Under the pieces are notes generated by a model, which saw only the letters and a list, made by a program, of their open reading frames with translations, had not been told where the DNA came from and did no database searches. Shown one piece after another: positions 27,168 through 35,891 of a stretch of DNA of 64,000 nt. The stretch is from Acidobacteriota bacterium (GTDB lineage Bacteria; Acidobacteriota; Terriglobia; Terriglobales; Acidobacteriaceae). The stretch covers positions 26,182-90,181 of the forward strand of contig JABDBE010000001.1 in the NCBI GenBank assembly GCA_013288805.1, in the 5' to 3' direction. Each line of letters opens with the position of its first letter. Position 1 is the first letter of the stretch. The position numbers were made by a program, and so were the translations under genes.

Positions 27168-27301
27168 ATGGCGGTCATGATCGACCACCTTGATCATCTT
27201 GTCCTGACAGTTTACGATCCGAGCGCACGGGCACTGCGGGGAAACTGCTCTCGGTATATCTCCGCGATTTGGATGACAATTTGATCCAAATCTCAAATTT
27301 T
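27168..27301 (+). pseudogene. remnant of a VOC/glyoxalase-family gene (N-terminal 17 codons plus C-terminal ~20 codons; middle deleted and out of frame)
   Basis: MAVMIDHLDHLVLTVYD is in the frame of ORF 27012..27284. KLLSVYLRDLDDNLIQISNF is in the +1 frame (ORF 27269..), which runs without a stop into the next gene. Confidence 0.6.
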
Positions 27302-27346
27302 ATGTGGCTGCTTTTTTTAAAAACAATTGTAGAAAGGGACGAAACA

Positions 27347-28030
27347 ATGAAAAAGAGAATGATGGTGTTTGCACTCTGTTTAGCGGTCGCTTCGCCGCTT
27401 TTTGCTCAGAAGAAAGAAGAAGAGCGAATTGCCAACTCGGCCACGGTACTGCAGGAGTTGCTCGCCGGGGATAAGGGCCTGCCCACTCATGTCCTTGACC
27501 AAGCCGATTGTGTTCTCATTTTTCCCAGCGTCAAGAAAATAGCCATCGGCATCGGCGGCAGCTATGGACGGGGCGTGCTGGTTTGCCGCAAAGGTTCGAA
27601 AATGGACGGTGCCTGGGGAACTCCGGCGATGTACAAACTCGACGAGGCCAGCATTGGCGTACAACTCGGGTCGACGGCGACCGATTTTGTGCTCACGGTG
27701 ATGAATCAGAAGGGCGCAGAACAAATCCTGAACGGAAAGACGAAGCTTGGATCGAACGCGGCCGCGGCCGCCGGTCCCACCGGCGCCCAGGCAACGTCGT
27801 ATAACGCGGGTGCCATGAACGTCGACGTTTTGACTTATTCACGTTCGAAGGGACTCTTTGCGGGCGTGTCACTCCAAGGCGCGACCATGGACAGCGATGA
27901 TGATGCCAACAAATCTCTGTATGGTAAAGCGATCGGAGCAAAGGATATTGTCGAGGGTGGCCAAGCTACTCCCGAGGCAGCCAAACCGTTGGACGACGTC
28001 CTCACCAAGGCGTCCCCAGCTCGCAAGTAG
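27347..28030 (+). CDS. SYLF (Ysc84/DUF500) lipid-binding domain protein, secreted
   Basis: Signal peptide MKKRMMVFALCLAVASPLFA. The VLIFPSVKKIAIGIGGSYGRGV and LTYSRSKGLFAGVSLQG motifs are typical of SYLF. Confidence 0.85.
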   Translation: MKKRMMVFALCLAVASPLFAQKKEEERIANSATVLQELLAGDKGLPTHVLDQADCVLIFPSVKKIAIGIGGSYGRGVLVCRKGSKMDGAWGTPAMYKLDEASIGVQLGSTATDFVLTVMNQKGAEQILNGKTKLGSNAAAAAGPTGAQATSYNAGAMNVDVLTYSRSKGLFAGVSLQGATMDSDDDANKSLYGKAIGAKDIVEGGQATPEAAKPLDDVLTKASPARK

Positions 28031-28221
28031 CTTCCGCAGTTGCTAGTTCGACGCCAGTGGACGACAAGGACGGAAGGGGCCGCTTTTCGCAATTCTGCAT
28101 TTCAACAGAGCGGCCCCGACCTCCGTTGTGAGGTCCTGCAGCAGATCATCGTGGCCTAACCAGGTGACCGCTCTCGTTGATCGGGGACGGTTTCATCGTG
28201 GACCCCTGTGCCAGAGTGACG

Positions 28222-28248
28222 AAAAAAGCCCCCGAACGAGTCGAGGGC
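28222..28248 (-). terminator. rho-independent terminator
   Basis: On the minus strand, GCCCTCGA-CTCGT-TCGGGGGC followed by TTTTTT, 28 nt after the stop at 28276. Confidence 0.8.
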
Positions 28249-28275
28249 CTTAGAACTGCGAACGGACGAACCCGG

Positions 28276-28908
28276 CTACTGCTGATCCGCAGTAGTCTCA
28301 CGAACTGAAGAAGGAACTCCTGCCTTGCGAGCTTCTTCCTGCATGTCGTCCATTTGCTGTTTGGCTTCGTCGACGGCTTTTTTCTTTTCCGCGATCTTTT
28401 TCTTGTAGTCTGCGTCTTCCTTGTCCCATTCCCCAGAGTTCCGCAGGCGGTTGCCGGCGTCGGCATACATGGCCGCGGCGCGCAATTGATATTCCCGTTG
28501 TTCGACATCTAGTTCGCGGGAGAGCAATTCGGTTTTGTCTTTCTGTGCGGCAAGTTTGTCCTTCCAGGAGTCGTAAGCCTTTTGCCGGTCCTCGGCAGAT
28601 TCGCCGGGCTGGATTGAAGGCGGATTGGCACCGGCCTTCTTGTCGGAGTCGGCTCCGCCATTGGCTGCGGTTTGCGCCGTGTCGCTGCTGGCCGAGGCTG
28701 CACCCCCCACCACGCTCAGCTTATCGTCCATGGGCAGATTGTCGTTGTCAAATTGCTTAGCCTGCGCCGTTTTCTTGTCTTTGCGCTGGGCGCGGGCATA
28801 GTCTCCCAACGATTGTGGCGGTGGGGTCGAGTCCTGGGCGCTGGCATACGAAGCCATCGTCCCCGCTAGAATCACTCCTGCAATCCATATGTATGTGACG
28901 CGTTTCAT
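28276..28908 (-). CDS. hypothetical secreted coiled-coil protein
   Basis: Signal peptide from Met23 of the track ORF. Lys/Glu/Gln-rich helical C-half. Confidence 0.7.
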   Translation of the reverse strand: MKRVTYIWIAGVILAGTMASYASAQDSTPPPQSLGDYARAQRKDKKTAQAKQFDNDNLPMDDKLSVVGGAASASSDTAQTAANGGADSDKKAGANPPSIQPGESAEDRQKAYDSWKDKLAAQKDKTELLSRELDVEQREYQLRAAAMYADAGNRLRNSGEWDKEDADYKKKIAEKKKAVDEAKQQMDDMQEEARKAGVPSSVRETTADQQ

Positions 28909-28970
28909 GGTTGTTTCATCCTCCGTGCCACGGCCCGTTGATCTTCGCGAGCACATGGCGTTGATTGAAC

Positions 28971-29828
28971 TCAAGCTCCGGCAGCCTTCGCGGCCGTTCC
29001 ACCCGCGAGAAAACCGCCGATAGTGTGATCCAGGTCGGCTGCTTCCGAAACGATATCTACAGCCAACTGCCGCACCATTGTGGGGTCGCGGCTGACGGCC
29101 AGTTGCTGCGCGTAACTCGAAATCGTGGCCACTGAATTCCGCAGCGCCAGCGCCATCTCGGCGGACATTTCTCCGCGCAGTTCGTGAAGCCTTTGAATCA
29201 ATGCAAATTCAGTTTTATCCGTGATTAGGCAGGCCGCACCCAAAGTCTCTCTCGAAGGCGTGAAGACCGGAGAGACGGTGATTTCGAAAATGCGCTGTTC
29301 CCCTGCCGGGGTGACGTAGTCCGCTTCCACGCTTCGCGAAGCGGCTTGCGTCCGCAAACTGGCCTGCACTACGCTAGCCAGTGTTTCCATCGAGCCGCGA
29401 GAGGAAGACGAACTCACTTTCGCTCCTCGAAAAACTTCGCTGACGCTCATGCCTATGGGCGAGGCAAATCCAAGAATAGTTTTGGCGGCCGTGTTGGCAT
29501 TACGGACCAGCCCGTTTGTGGTAAGGAACAGCACCCCGCTCGACAGGTTCGAGAGCACGGCCGCACTGATGTTTTCTGAGGTCTTCGCTCTGCGGCGCTC
29601 CACCTGCTGCAGGCTCAGCAATTCGTGTTTCTGCTGCTTCAGTTGCTGGATCACGGCGTTGTACGTGCGCATGGGAAACTGCTCGGACTCGGGAGCCGCA
29701 TCAATCGAAAAAGACTCTTCGGTGAGCAGACGCCGCATCCGCCGGAGCAACAGAGTGGCCACCCAAAAGGCGAATGCTGTGGTGAACAACACGATCGCCA
29801 TGCGAACTACGATGGGGTTGCTGAGCAT
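28971..29828 (-). CDS. membrane-anchored PAS sensor-like protein with degenerate HisKA (no phospho-acceptor His, no ATPase domain)
   Basis: TM helix, coiled coil, PAS-like core, then SAEMALALRNSVATISSYAQ where HisKA normally has (S/A)HE(L/I)RNPL. The start lies 3 nt after the pilD stop. Confidence 0.75.
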   Translation of the reverse strand: MLSNPIVVRMAIVLFTTAFAFWVATLLLRRMRRLLTEESFSIDAAPESEQFPMRTYNAVIQQLKQQKHELLSLQQVERRRAKTSENISAAVLSNLSSGVLFLTTNGLVRNANTAAKTILGFASPIGMSVSEVFRGAKVSSSSSRGSMETLASVVQASLRTQAASRSVEADYVTPAGEQRIFEITVSPVFTPSRETLGAACLITDKTEFALIQRLHELRGEMSAEMALALRNSVATISSYAQQLAVSRDPTMVRQLAVDIVSEAADLDHTIGGFLAGGTAAKAAGA

Positions 29829-29830
29829 CT

Positions 29831-30751
29831 TCAGAGCAACCTCCAGTACCAGCGAAAGAACTGGTTGCCGAAGAACGAAGCCACCATGGCCATGCTGCCT
29901 AGAAACACGCCAAATGGCATAGGGAAGCGAAGCAACGCGATGCTGGCTGATTCCCATCCGTGGCGCCGGGCTAAGCTTGGCGCCTCATGATGGCGGACCA
30001 TGCGCCGGCGGGTGCGCTTGATCCAGACCACTAGCACCGTCCACAGTCCGGCAAGCGAGCCTACGATCGACGCACTGAAAAGGGTGAAGATGGTCAGCTG
30101 GATTCCGAGGAACGCGCCCACCATTGCCATCAGCTTGACATCGCCGAAGCCCATGCCCTCAACGCCGCGCGCCCGCAGATAAATCGCTCCCGCACCGTAC
30201 AGGAACGAGGCTCCGACCGCAGCACCCATGAGAGCCTGCAGCAACGAAAGCCATGGACTCGAAGCGCCGGATGCGGGTTGATAGATCACGCCAAACAGCA
30301 TCTTCGAAAGCAGATCGTTGACCGGAACCACCAGGCTGAACAGCAATCCGGCGACCAGGCCGGGCAGAGTTAATTTGTCGGGCAGGAGTTGGGTTTCGGC
30401 GTCGGTAAAGATCAGGCCCACCAGCAGGAATCCAAATGTGCAGTACTTCAGCGTGGCCAGGGTGAATCCGAAATAGGCGTAGCACGCAAGAAACAGCGTG
30501 CCCGTGATTAGCTCAACCACGAGATAACGCGGCGAGATGGGAGCCTTGCAGTGGCGGCAGCGCCCTCGCAAAATCAGCCAGCTCAAGATTGGAACGTTGT
30601 CATAAAAGCGGATGGGCTGCCCGCACTTGGGGCACGCCGAGCCGGGATGAATGACCGACAAATCCCGTGGCAGCCGATAGATACACACATTCAAGAAGCT
30701 GCCAAAGGCCAGCCCCAGCGCGAAAATCGCCAATGCGAATTCAGTATCCAC
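29831..30751 (-). CDS. pilD: prepilin peptidase / N-methyltransferase (A24 family)
   Basis: CPKCGQPI...CRHCKAPI zinc-ribbon, GFGDVKLMAMVGAFLG active-site region, polytopic. Confidence 0.9.
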   Translation of the reverse strand: MDTEFALAIFALGLAFGSFLNVCIYRLPRDLSVIHPGSACPKCGQPIRFYDNVPILSWLILRGRCRHCKAPISPRYLVVELITGTLFLACYAYFGFTLATLKYCTFGFLLVGLIFTDAETQLLPDKLTLPGLVAGLLFSLVVPVNDLLSKMLFGVIYQPASGASSPWLSLLQALMGAAVGASFLYGAGAIYLRARGVEGMGFGDVKLMAMVGAFLGIQLTIFTLFSASIVGSLAGLWTVLVVWIKRTRRRMVRHHEAPSLARRHGWESASIALLRFPMPFGVFLGSMAMVASFFGNQFFRWYWRLL

Positions 30752-30983
30752 CGTGTGCTTTGCCCAGCCTGTACCAGATTTATGCTGGTTTCGCCTCGAT
30801 TATACGGCTCCAGGGAGGGCAGGACCCAGGTACCAAAGGTAGTGTACGGAAGGACAGTGGCTAGTGACCTAAGTGGAGGGCGGCAAGCTGGCGCCGGGCA
30901 AGCTCGTCCTAAAGGTTCGCGCGGGAAGAGTCGATGGTATAGACAAGCGGGAGTCGGCTCATGGCCCCGCGGGAGGGGGAACA

Positions 30984-31466
30984 ATGTCAGTCACTCCGAT
31001 TTCGGCGGCAGGCCTCGGGCAGTACGTTCTCCAGGCAAGCAACTCCACTCCACTAAAGCAGGCATCGCAGAGCTTGCAAAACAGTCTTGCGTCCGGAGAC
31101 TTGAGCGGCTCCCAGTCGGCATTCCAGACACTGCAGACGCTCTATCAAAACTCCGCGACAGCCGGCGGAACCAATCTGTCCAGCAGTTCTCAACTCTCTA
31201 CCGATCTGACGGCGCTCGGCACAGCACTGACGGCGGGCGATTTATCCACCGCCCAATCCGCTTTTGCCACGCTTCAAAGCGACCTGAAAACTTCGTCCTC
31301 GCCATCGCAGAGAAACGAGACGAATGCCGCATCCCAATCGTTGCAGTTGGTTCAAGAAGTTCTGAGTACACTGGATTCGAGCAGTGCTTCCAGTAGCTCG
31401 AACTCCACCAGTGCGCTGTTAGATAGCGTCTACGGAGGCCGGAGCAGCCTGAACGTCCTCGCGTAG
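30984..31466 (+). CDS. hypothetical Ser/Thr/Gln/Leu-rich protein with an internal repeat
   Basis: GGGAGGGGGA before the ATG (Met38 of the track ORF). SGDLSGSQSAFQTLQ and AGDLSTAQSAFATLQ repeats. Confidence 0.6.
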   Translation: MSVTPISAAGLGQYVLQASNSTPLKQASQSLQNSLASGDLSGSQSAFQTLQTLYQNSATAGGTNLSSSSQLSTDLTALGTALTAGDLSTAQSAFATLQSDLKTSSSPSQRNETNAASQSLQLVQEVLSTLDSSSASSSSNSTSALLDSVYGGRSSLNVLA

Positions 31467-31582
31467 CGCAGGCGATGGATCCCGATCCAGATTGACACTC
31501 CTCTAACGCACACCTAGACTGGAAATGCTTGCAGCCCAGCTGTACGGGCTCAAAGCGAACCGTGCGGAGCCCGAGGAGCCTC

Positions 31583-32143
31583 ATGGCCTGGCTGCAAAAC
31601 AAGTTCGAAAAGAATTTTCTTATCACGACCGTCGACTACGTCTTTAACTGGGCGCGCAAGTCGGCGGTGTGGCCTATGACGTTTGGGCTTGCCTGCTGCG
31701 CCATCGAAATGATTGCGTCGTCGACGGCTCGGTTTGACATCGCGCGCTTCGGCTCGGAGGTGTTTCGTCCCAGCCCGCGGCAGAGCGATTTGATGATCGT
31801 TGCCGGCACCGTGACGTTGAAGATGGCGCCGGTGGTGAAACGCATTTATGACCAGATGCCCGATCCCAAATGGGTGATCTCGATGGGCGCGTGTTCGTCC
31901 GTCGGCGGCCCGTTTAATACTTACGCCGTGTTGCAGGGCGTGGACAAAATCGTGCCGACGGATGTGTACGTGATCGGATGCCCGCCGCGTCCCGAGAATC
32001 TGTTCTACGCGCTGCTCAAGCTGCAAGACAAAATCGATCAAATGACCCTTGCGAAGAAACCCACCGAAGTGCGTCTGGCAGAGAACATGGTTGAGAATTT
32101 CAAGCGCCAGGTCATGATCGCGCAGACGCTGCAGCCGAAATAG
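31583..32143 (+). CDS. nuoB: NADH-quinone oxidoreductase subunit B
   Basis: The sequence [21 protein letters not shown]...[10 protein letters not shown]...VIGCPPRPE includes the N2 cluster cysteines. Start at Met19 of the track ORF. Confidence 0.9.
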   Translation: MAWLQNKFEKNFLITTVDYVFNWARKSAVWPMTFGLACCAIEMIASSTARFDIARFGSEVFRPSPRQSDLMIVAGTVTLKMAPVVKRIYDQMPDPKWVISMGACSSVGGPFNTYAVLQGVDKIVPTDVYVIGCPPRPENLFYALLKLQDKIDQMTLAKKPTEVRLAENMVENFKRQVMIAQTLQPK

Positions 32144-32150
32144 AAGATCA

Positions 32151-32219
32151 GCACTTAGCAATCAGCAGTCAGCACTCAGTAAACCCACCTGACTGCTGAG
32201 TGCTGAATGCTCACTAAGC
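32151..32219. repeat. REP-like hairpin built from heptamers CAGCAGT/CAGCACT in both orientations
   Basis: Arms 32163-32179 and 32189-32205 allow alternative 10-bp pairings. The right arm contains the ATG (32207) of the Rieske gene. Confidence 0.6.
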
Positions 32220-32509
32220 TCACTACCCAATCTGAACTTCCTCCCGAAGGCGAAGCCAGGGAATTTCCTTGCGGCGATAAGATCATCTGCATTGCCAATG
32301 TGAACGGGACGATCTCCGCGATGGATAATGTCTGCTTGCACCGTGGAGGGCCGCTGGGACAGGGTGTCATCGAAGGTGACAAACTGGTTTGCCCGTGGCA
32401 CGGATGGCGCTGGAATCCTGCGACCGGCGAGGCGGAGCACAATCCCGGCGCAAAGGTTGCCGTTTATCCCATAAGAGTTGAAGGCGATGATGTGATGGTT
32501 GAGTTGTAG
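32207..32509 (+). CDS. small Rieske [2Fe-2S] protein (NirD-like)
   Basis: CLHRGGPL...CPWHGWRW. Confidence 0.85.
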   Translation: MLTKLTTQSELPPEGEAREFPCGDKIICIANVNGTISAMDNVCLHRGGPLGQGVIEGDKLVCPWHGWRWNPATGEAEHNPGAKVAVYPIRVEGDDVMVEL

Positions 32510-32511
32510 TT

Positions 32512-33756
32512 TTATCCTAAGTACTTCAAGAACTTTCCGGGCTGATTGTCGAAGCCGGGAAAAACCTGATTGAGATCTTTGTTTCCCAGGTGGTTGTACA
32601 CCGCTTCTCCTAAGACTTGTCGGAAATCTGTGGTTACGGCCAAGTCTCGGCCTTCGTAGAGTTGCGATTGATCGAGGCCCGGCCAGCGTCCGTAGACCTT
32701 GCCGCCTTTGACCGGACCACCCATTACGAACATCACGTTGGCGTGACCGTGATCGGTGCCACGGTTTCCGTTTTCGCGGGCGGTGCGTCCGAACTCGGAC
32801 ATGGTCACGACCACCGTGTCTTCGGCGAGGTCGCCGAGGTCGGTCCAGAAGGCTGCTATGGATTGGGAGAATTCGTGCAGGACGTTGGCGATCTGGCCTT
32901 GCGTGCTGCCTTCGTTGACGTGATGGTCCCAGCCGCCGATGTCGGTGAAGGCGACTTGAACTCCGAGATTCGCTTTGATCAGTTGCGCGAGTTGCTTGAG
33001 GCTGTCGCCGAAGTGTCCGCCGGGATAGTCGGCGGCCGCGGCGGGCTTGTATTTCGAAGGATCGGCAGATCGCAGCATCTTTACCGCGTCGAAAGTTTCC
33101 TGACCGGTGCCGTGCAACACGGAATCGACCGAGTGCTCGTACATGGCTTCGAAGCTATTGGCATTCGGCGACGCTTTGGGATTGTTTCCACCTACGCCGA
33201 AATCGTTGATGTTGTTGATGGCGACTGCGGGCTCGCTGCCGGAAAGAATTCGCGGCAGGGACGGTCCGAGGGCGATGGCGCGAAAAGCGTCAGCCGATGC
33301 GGGTTGAGGTAATGAATGTAATGACCGGTTCAGCCAGCCGTCTTCGGTTGCTTTTATTCCGGGCGTCCCCGATTCCATAAAGTCCTGCGCGTCGAAGTGG
33401 GAGCGAGTTGGATCGGGCGATCCCACGGCGTGCACGATTGCCAGATGACGCTGCTTCCACAAAGGCTGAAAGGGCGAGAGCGAAGGATGCAGCCCGAAGA
33501 ATCCGTCGAGATCAAACACGGCGTTGCGCGGTATATTGATGGACGGCCGCATGGCATAGTAGGCGCGCTCGTGGTGGGGCACGACGATGTTGAGGCCATC
33601 AGCCGCGCCGCGTTGGAAGATGACGACCAGGCGCTTATTCTTTGCCCCCAGCGATTCCGCTGCGTACGCGGCACGAGTGAGAAACGCCGGAATCGCTGCT
33701 GTGCCTACGACGGCTAGGCTGCTGTTTTTCAGAAATACACGCCTCGTGATTGACAT
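32512..33756 (-). CDS. DUF1501 domain protein (Tat-exported, sulfatase-like fold)
   Basis: Twin-arginine-type signal (SITRRVFLK). C-terminal SEFGRTARENGNRGTDHGH. Confidence 0.9.
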   Translation of the reverse strand: MSITRRVFLKNSSLAVVGTAAIPAFLTRAAYAAESLGAKNKRLVVIFQRGAADGLNIVVPHHERAYYAMRPSINIPRNAVFDLDGFFGLHPSLSPFQPLWKQRHLAIVHAVGSPDPTRSHFDAQDFMESGTPGIKATEDGWLNRSLHSLPQPASADAFRAIALGPSLPRILSGSEPAVAINNINDFGVGGNNPKASPNANSFEAMYEHSVDSVLHGTGQETFDAVKMLRSADPSKYKPAAAADYPGGHFGDSLKQLAQLIKANLGVQVAFTDIGGWDHHVNEGSTQGQIANVLHEFSQSIAAFWTDLGDLAEDTVVVTMSEFGRTARENGNRGTDHGHANVMFVMGGPVKGGKVYGRWPGLDQSQLYEGRDLAVTTDFRQVLGEAVYNHLGNKDLNQVFPGFDNQPGKFLKYLG

Positions 33757-33767
33757 ATAAACTCCTA

Positions 33768-33798
33768 GGCTCTTGGCTTCTGGCTTCTGGCTTCTGGC
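33768..33798. repeat. tandem heptamer TGGCTTC (about 3.5-4 units)
   Basis: Lies between the DUF1501 start and the DUF1800 stop. Confidence 0.6.
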
Positions 33799-33867
33799 GA
33801 TGCTTTCGTGCTCACAGTTGCTTATGTGAAGCCCAGTCTTCAGTAGTTCTTAGTTCTCGGTTCTCCG

Positions 33868-35835
33868 TTATCTTCTTTGAAACTCGGGTGACCCTAACAG
33901 CAAGCCTGCGATCAGGCTGGTGTTTGGCGGCCGGGCTGGATCGTCCAGCTTGCGATGGCTGATTTTGGAATCCTGCAAACGCGCGCTGATGACGTCGTGC
34001 GTCTGCTTGGAAACATCTCCGGCCAGAAGGCTATTCTCTAACACGGCTAAGGCCTGTTGCGGATCTTTTTGTTCGGTGAATTGATTTACTTGTACGCCTT
34101 TTACTTTTCCGGACGTCAGCGCCAGAGCAAAATTCATGCGGCCCAAGAGTGCGGAGGAGTTGACCCACGCGTCAGCCTTCATGGAATAGCCGGTGGGGGG
34201 CTGCATGCCGTAGAGTTGCATGCCCATGTTTTGAAGCTGGCGTGCAATGGGCATGGCGTCGGTGACTTCGGCTCCGCTGGCGCGAACCGCCGAGACTACG
34301 AACTCCAGCGGAGTTTTCACTTTGGCGCGATAGGCATTGGGCGCCCAGAACTCGGGCGAGTCCAGCATCGTCTTGAGTACCTCACGGATGTTGCCGTCTT
34401 TCTTTAAGAAGGTTTGCGCCATGCGATCCACCAAGGGCTGCGGCGGTTGGTCGGACACGAAGCGCATGGCGAGTTTGGTGCAGATGAATTTCGCGGTCGC
34501 AGGATTTCGTGCCAGGATATGCAGAACCTCGAAGCCTTCCTTCTCACCTTTTGGTTTGATGCGATGCCCGAGCACAATCTTGTCTCCGGGTTCATGCGTG
34601 CGCTCCTCGAAAGTGAAGCCACCACCTTGCTTGGGCTGCTTCAGTGTCCATCCGGTGAAGACGCGCGCTACTTCGGTCACATCTTGCTGCGTGTAGCCTC
34701 CATTCACACCGAGAGTGTGAAGTTCCATCAGTTCGCGGCCATAGTTTTCATTGAGTCCGTTACGCTTGCCCTTGGATTGGCTGGTTTGAGCTTTGTTTCT
34801 GATTCGCCGCCTCGATTGATTGTTGGCCTGCTTGGGGATGCCGTTGGCGACATCGGAGTTTGGTCCAACGCTCAGCCAATTGTCGAGATAGAACAGCATG
34901 GCGGGACTCTGCGCGGTGGCAACCAGCAAGTCTTCAAATTTGCCCAGGGCGCGGGGACGAATGACGTCGCGCTCGTAGCTGGTGAGCAGGTAGCGATCGG
35001 CGCCTTTGCCGATGAAAACATTGAAGTGATTAAACCAGAAGTCGGTCATCACTTCCTGCAACTGACGATTGCTGCAAATGGCGCGCAGCAACTTGCCTTC
35101 GACGAGTTCGTTGTTGACCACCTGTTGAGGGTGGTCGAGTGCCTCGACGGTTTCGCGCTGTCGCGGATTCATCCCTTCCATAAACTCGTCGCGCTTGTCG
35201 CCTTGAAGGGCGCCAGTCAGGGCGCGTCGATCTTCCGGTGACATTTCCAGCACCGCTTTCATACGCTGGTCTGTTGGCAGGTCGAGGAGTTCTTCGATTT
35301 TTTCATCAGCTGCAGCGCGTTCTTGCTGGCGGCGGGTGCGTTCGTCGTCCGCGACTTTGTCGGCACCAGCGACGGCAGTCTGCTGCTTGCGGTCTTCTTT
35401 GTCCTGGTAGCGCTCCAGTTGGGCCTGATAAACGGCGCGCTTCAGGGGATCAGAGGGAAGCGACTGCTTTCCGTCGGCGACAGCTTTGATCATTTGCTCG
35501 GACGGAAAGTTCTGAACAATCTCTCGCGTGTCCATGCGCAGGGTGCGAAATGGAGAGAGGCGGGCATCGAGCGCATCGTCATTAATTTTTTCGGGATGAA
35601 GTTGCTGATCGATCCACTTGTCCACGCCGATTGCCAGCACGTGATCGACGTCGCCGGGGCGAGGGCCGAAGGTCAGACGGTTGAGCGCGTGCACCGCCTG
35701 TTTCTGCTCGTCCATTTGCGGATTGGCTGTGGGATGTTTGTCTTTTTTCTTACCCAGCGCCAGTTGAACGGAGATGGCGAATCCTGATAACGAGAGCAGA
35801 AGGATTAGGCCGATTTTGAGGCGTCCCAGGTTCAT
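33868..35835 (-). CDS. DUF1800 domain protein
   Basis: 655 aa. DFWFNHFNVF motif. The usual upstream partner of DUF1501. Confidence 0.9.
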   Translation of the reverse strand: MNLGRLKIGLILLLSLSGFAISVQLALGKKKDKHPTANPQMDEQKQAVHALNRLTFGPRPGDVDHVLAIGVDKWIDQQLHPEKINDDALDARLSPFRTLRMDTREIVQNFPSEQMIKAVADGKQSLPSDPLKRAVYQAQLERYQDKEDRKQQTAVAGADKVADDERTRRQQERAAADEKIEELLDLPTDQRMKAVLEMSPEDRRALTGALQGDKRDEFMEGMNPRQRETVEALDHPQQVVNNELVEGKLLRAICSNRQLQEVMTDFWFNHFNVFIGKGADRYLLTSYERDVIRPRALGKFEDLLVATAQSPAMLFYLDNWLSVGPNSDVANGIPKQANNQSRRRIRNKAQTSQSKGKRNGLNENYGRELMELHTLGVNGGYTQQDVTEVARVFTGWTLKQPKQGGGFTFEERTHEPGDKIVLGHRIKPKGEKEGFEVLHILARNPATAKFICTKLAMRFVSDQPPQPLVDRMAQTFLKKDGNIREVLKTMLDSPEFWAPNAYRAKVKTPLEFVVSAVRASGAEVTDAMPIARQLQNMGMQLYGMQPPTGYSMKADAWVNSSALLGRMNFALALTSGKVKGVQVNQFTEQKDPQQALAVLENSLLAGDVSKQTHDVISARLQDSKISHRKLDDPARPPNTSLIAGLLLGSPEFQRR

Positions 35836-35891
35836 ATGGGCACGGGGAGGTCGTTAGAATTATGAACCCAGAGCAGGGAAAAAGTTGCTGG

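Noticed and set aside
30551-31396. A 281-aa plus-strand ORF spanning the pilD start and the divergent intergenic region.
   Set aside because: It is Arg/Gly-rich, overlaps pilD in antisense and the better-supported 30984..31466 gene out of frame.
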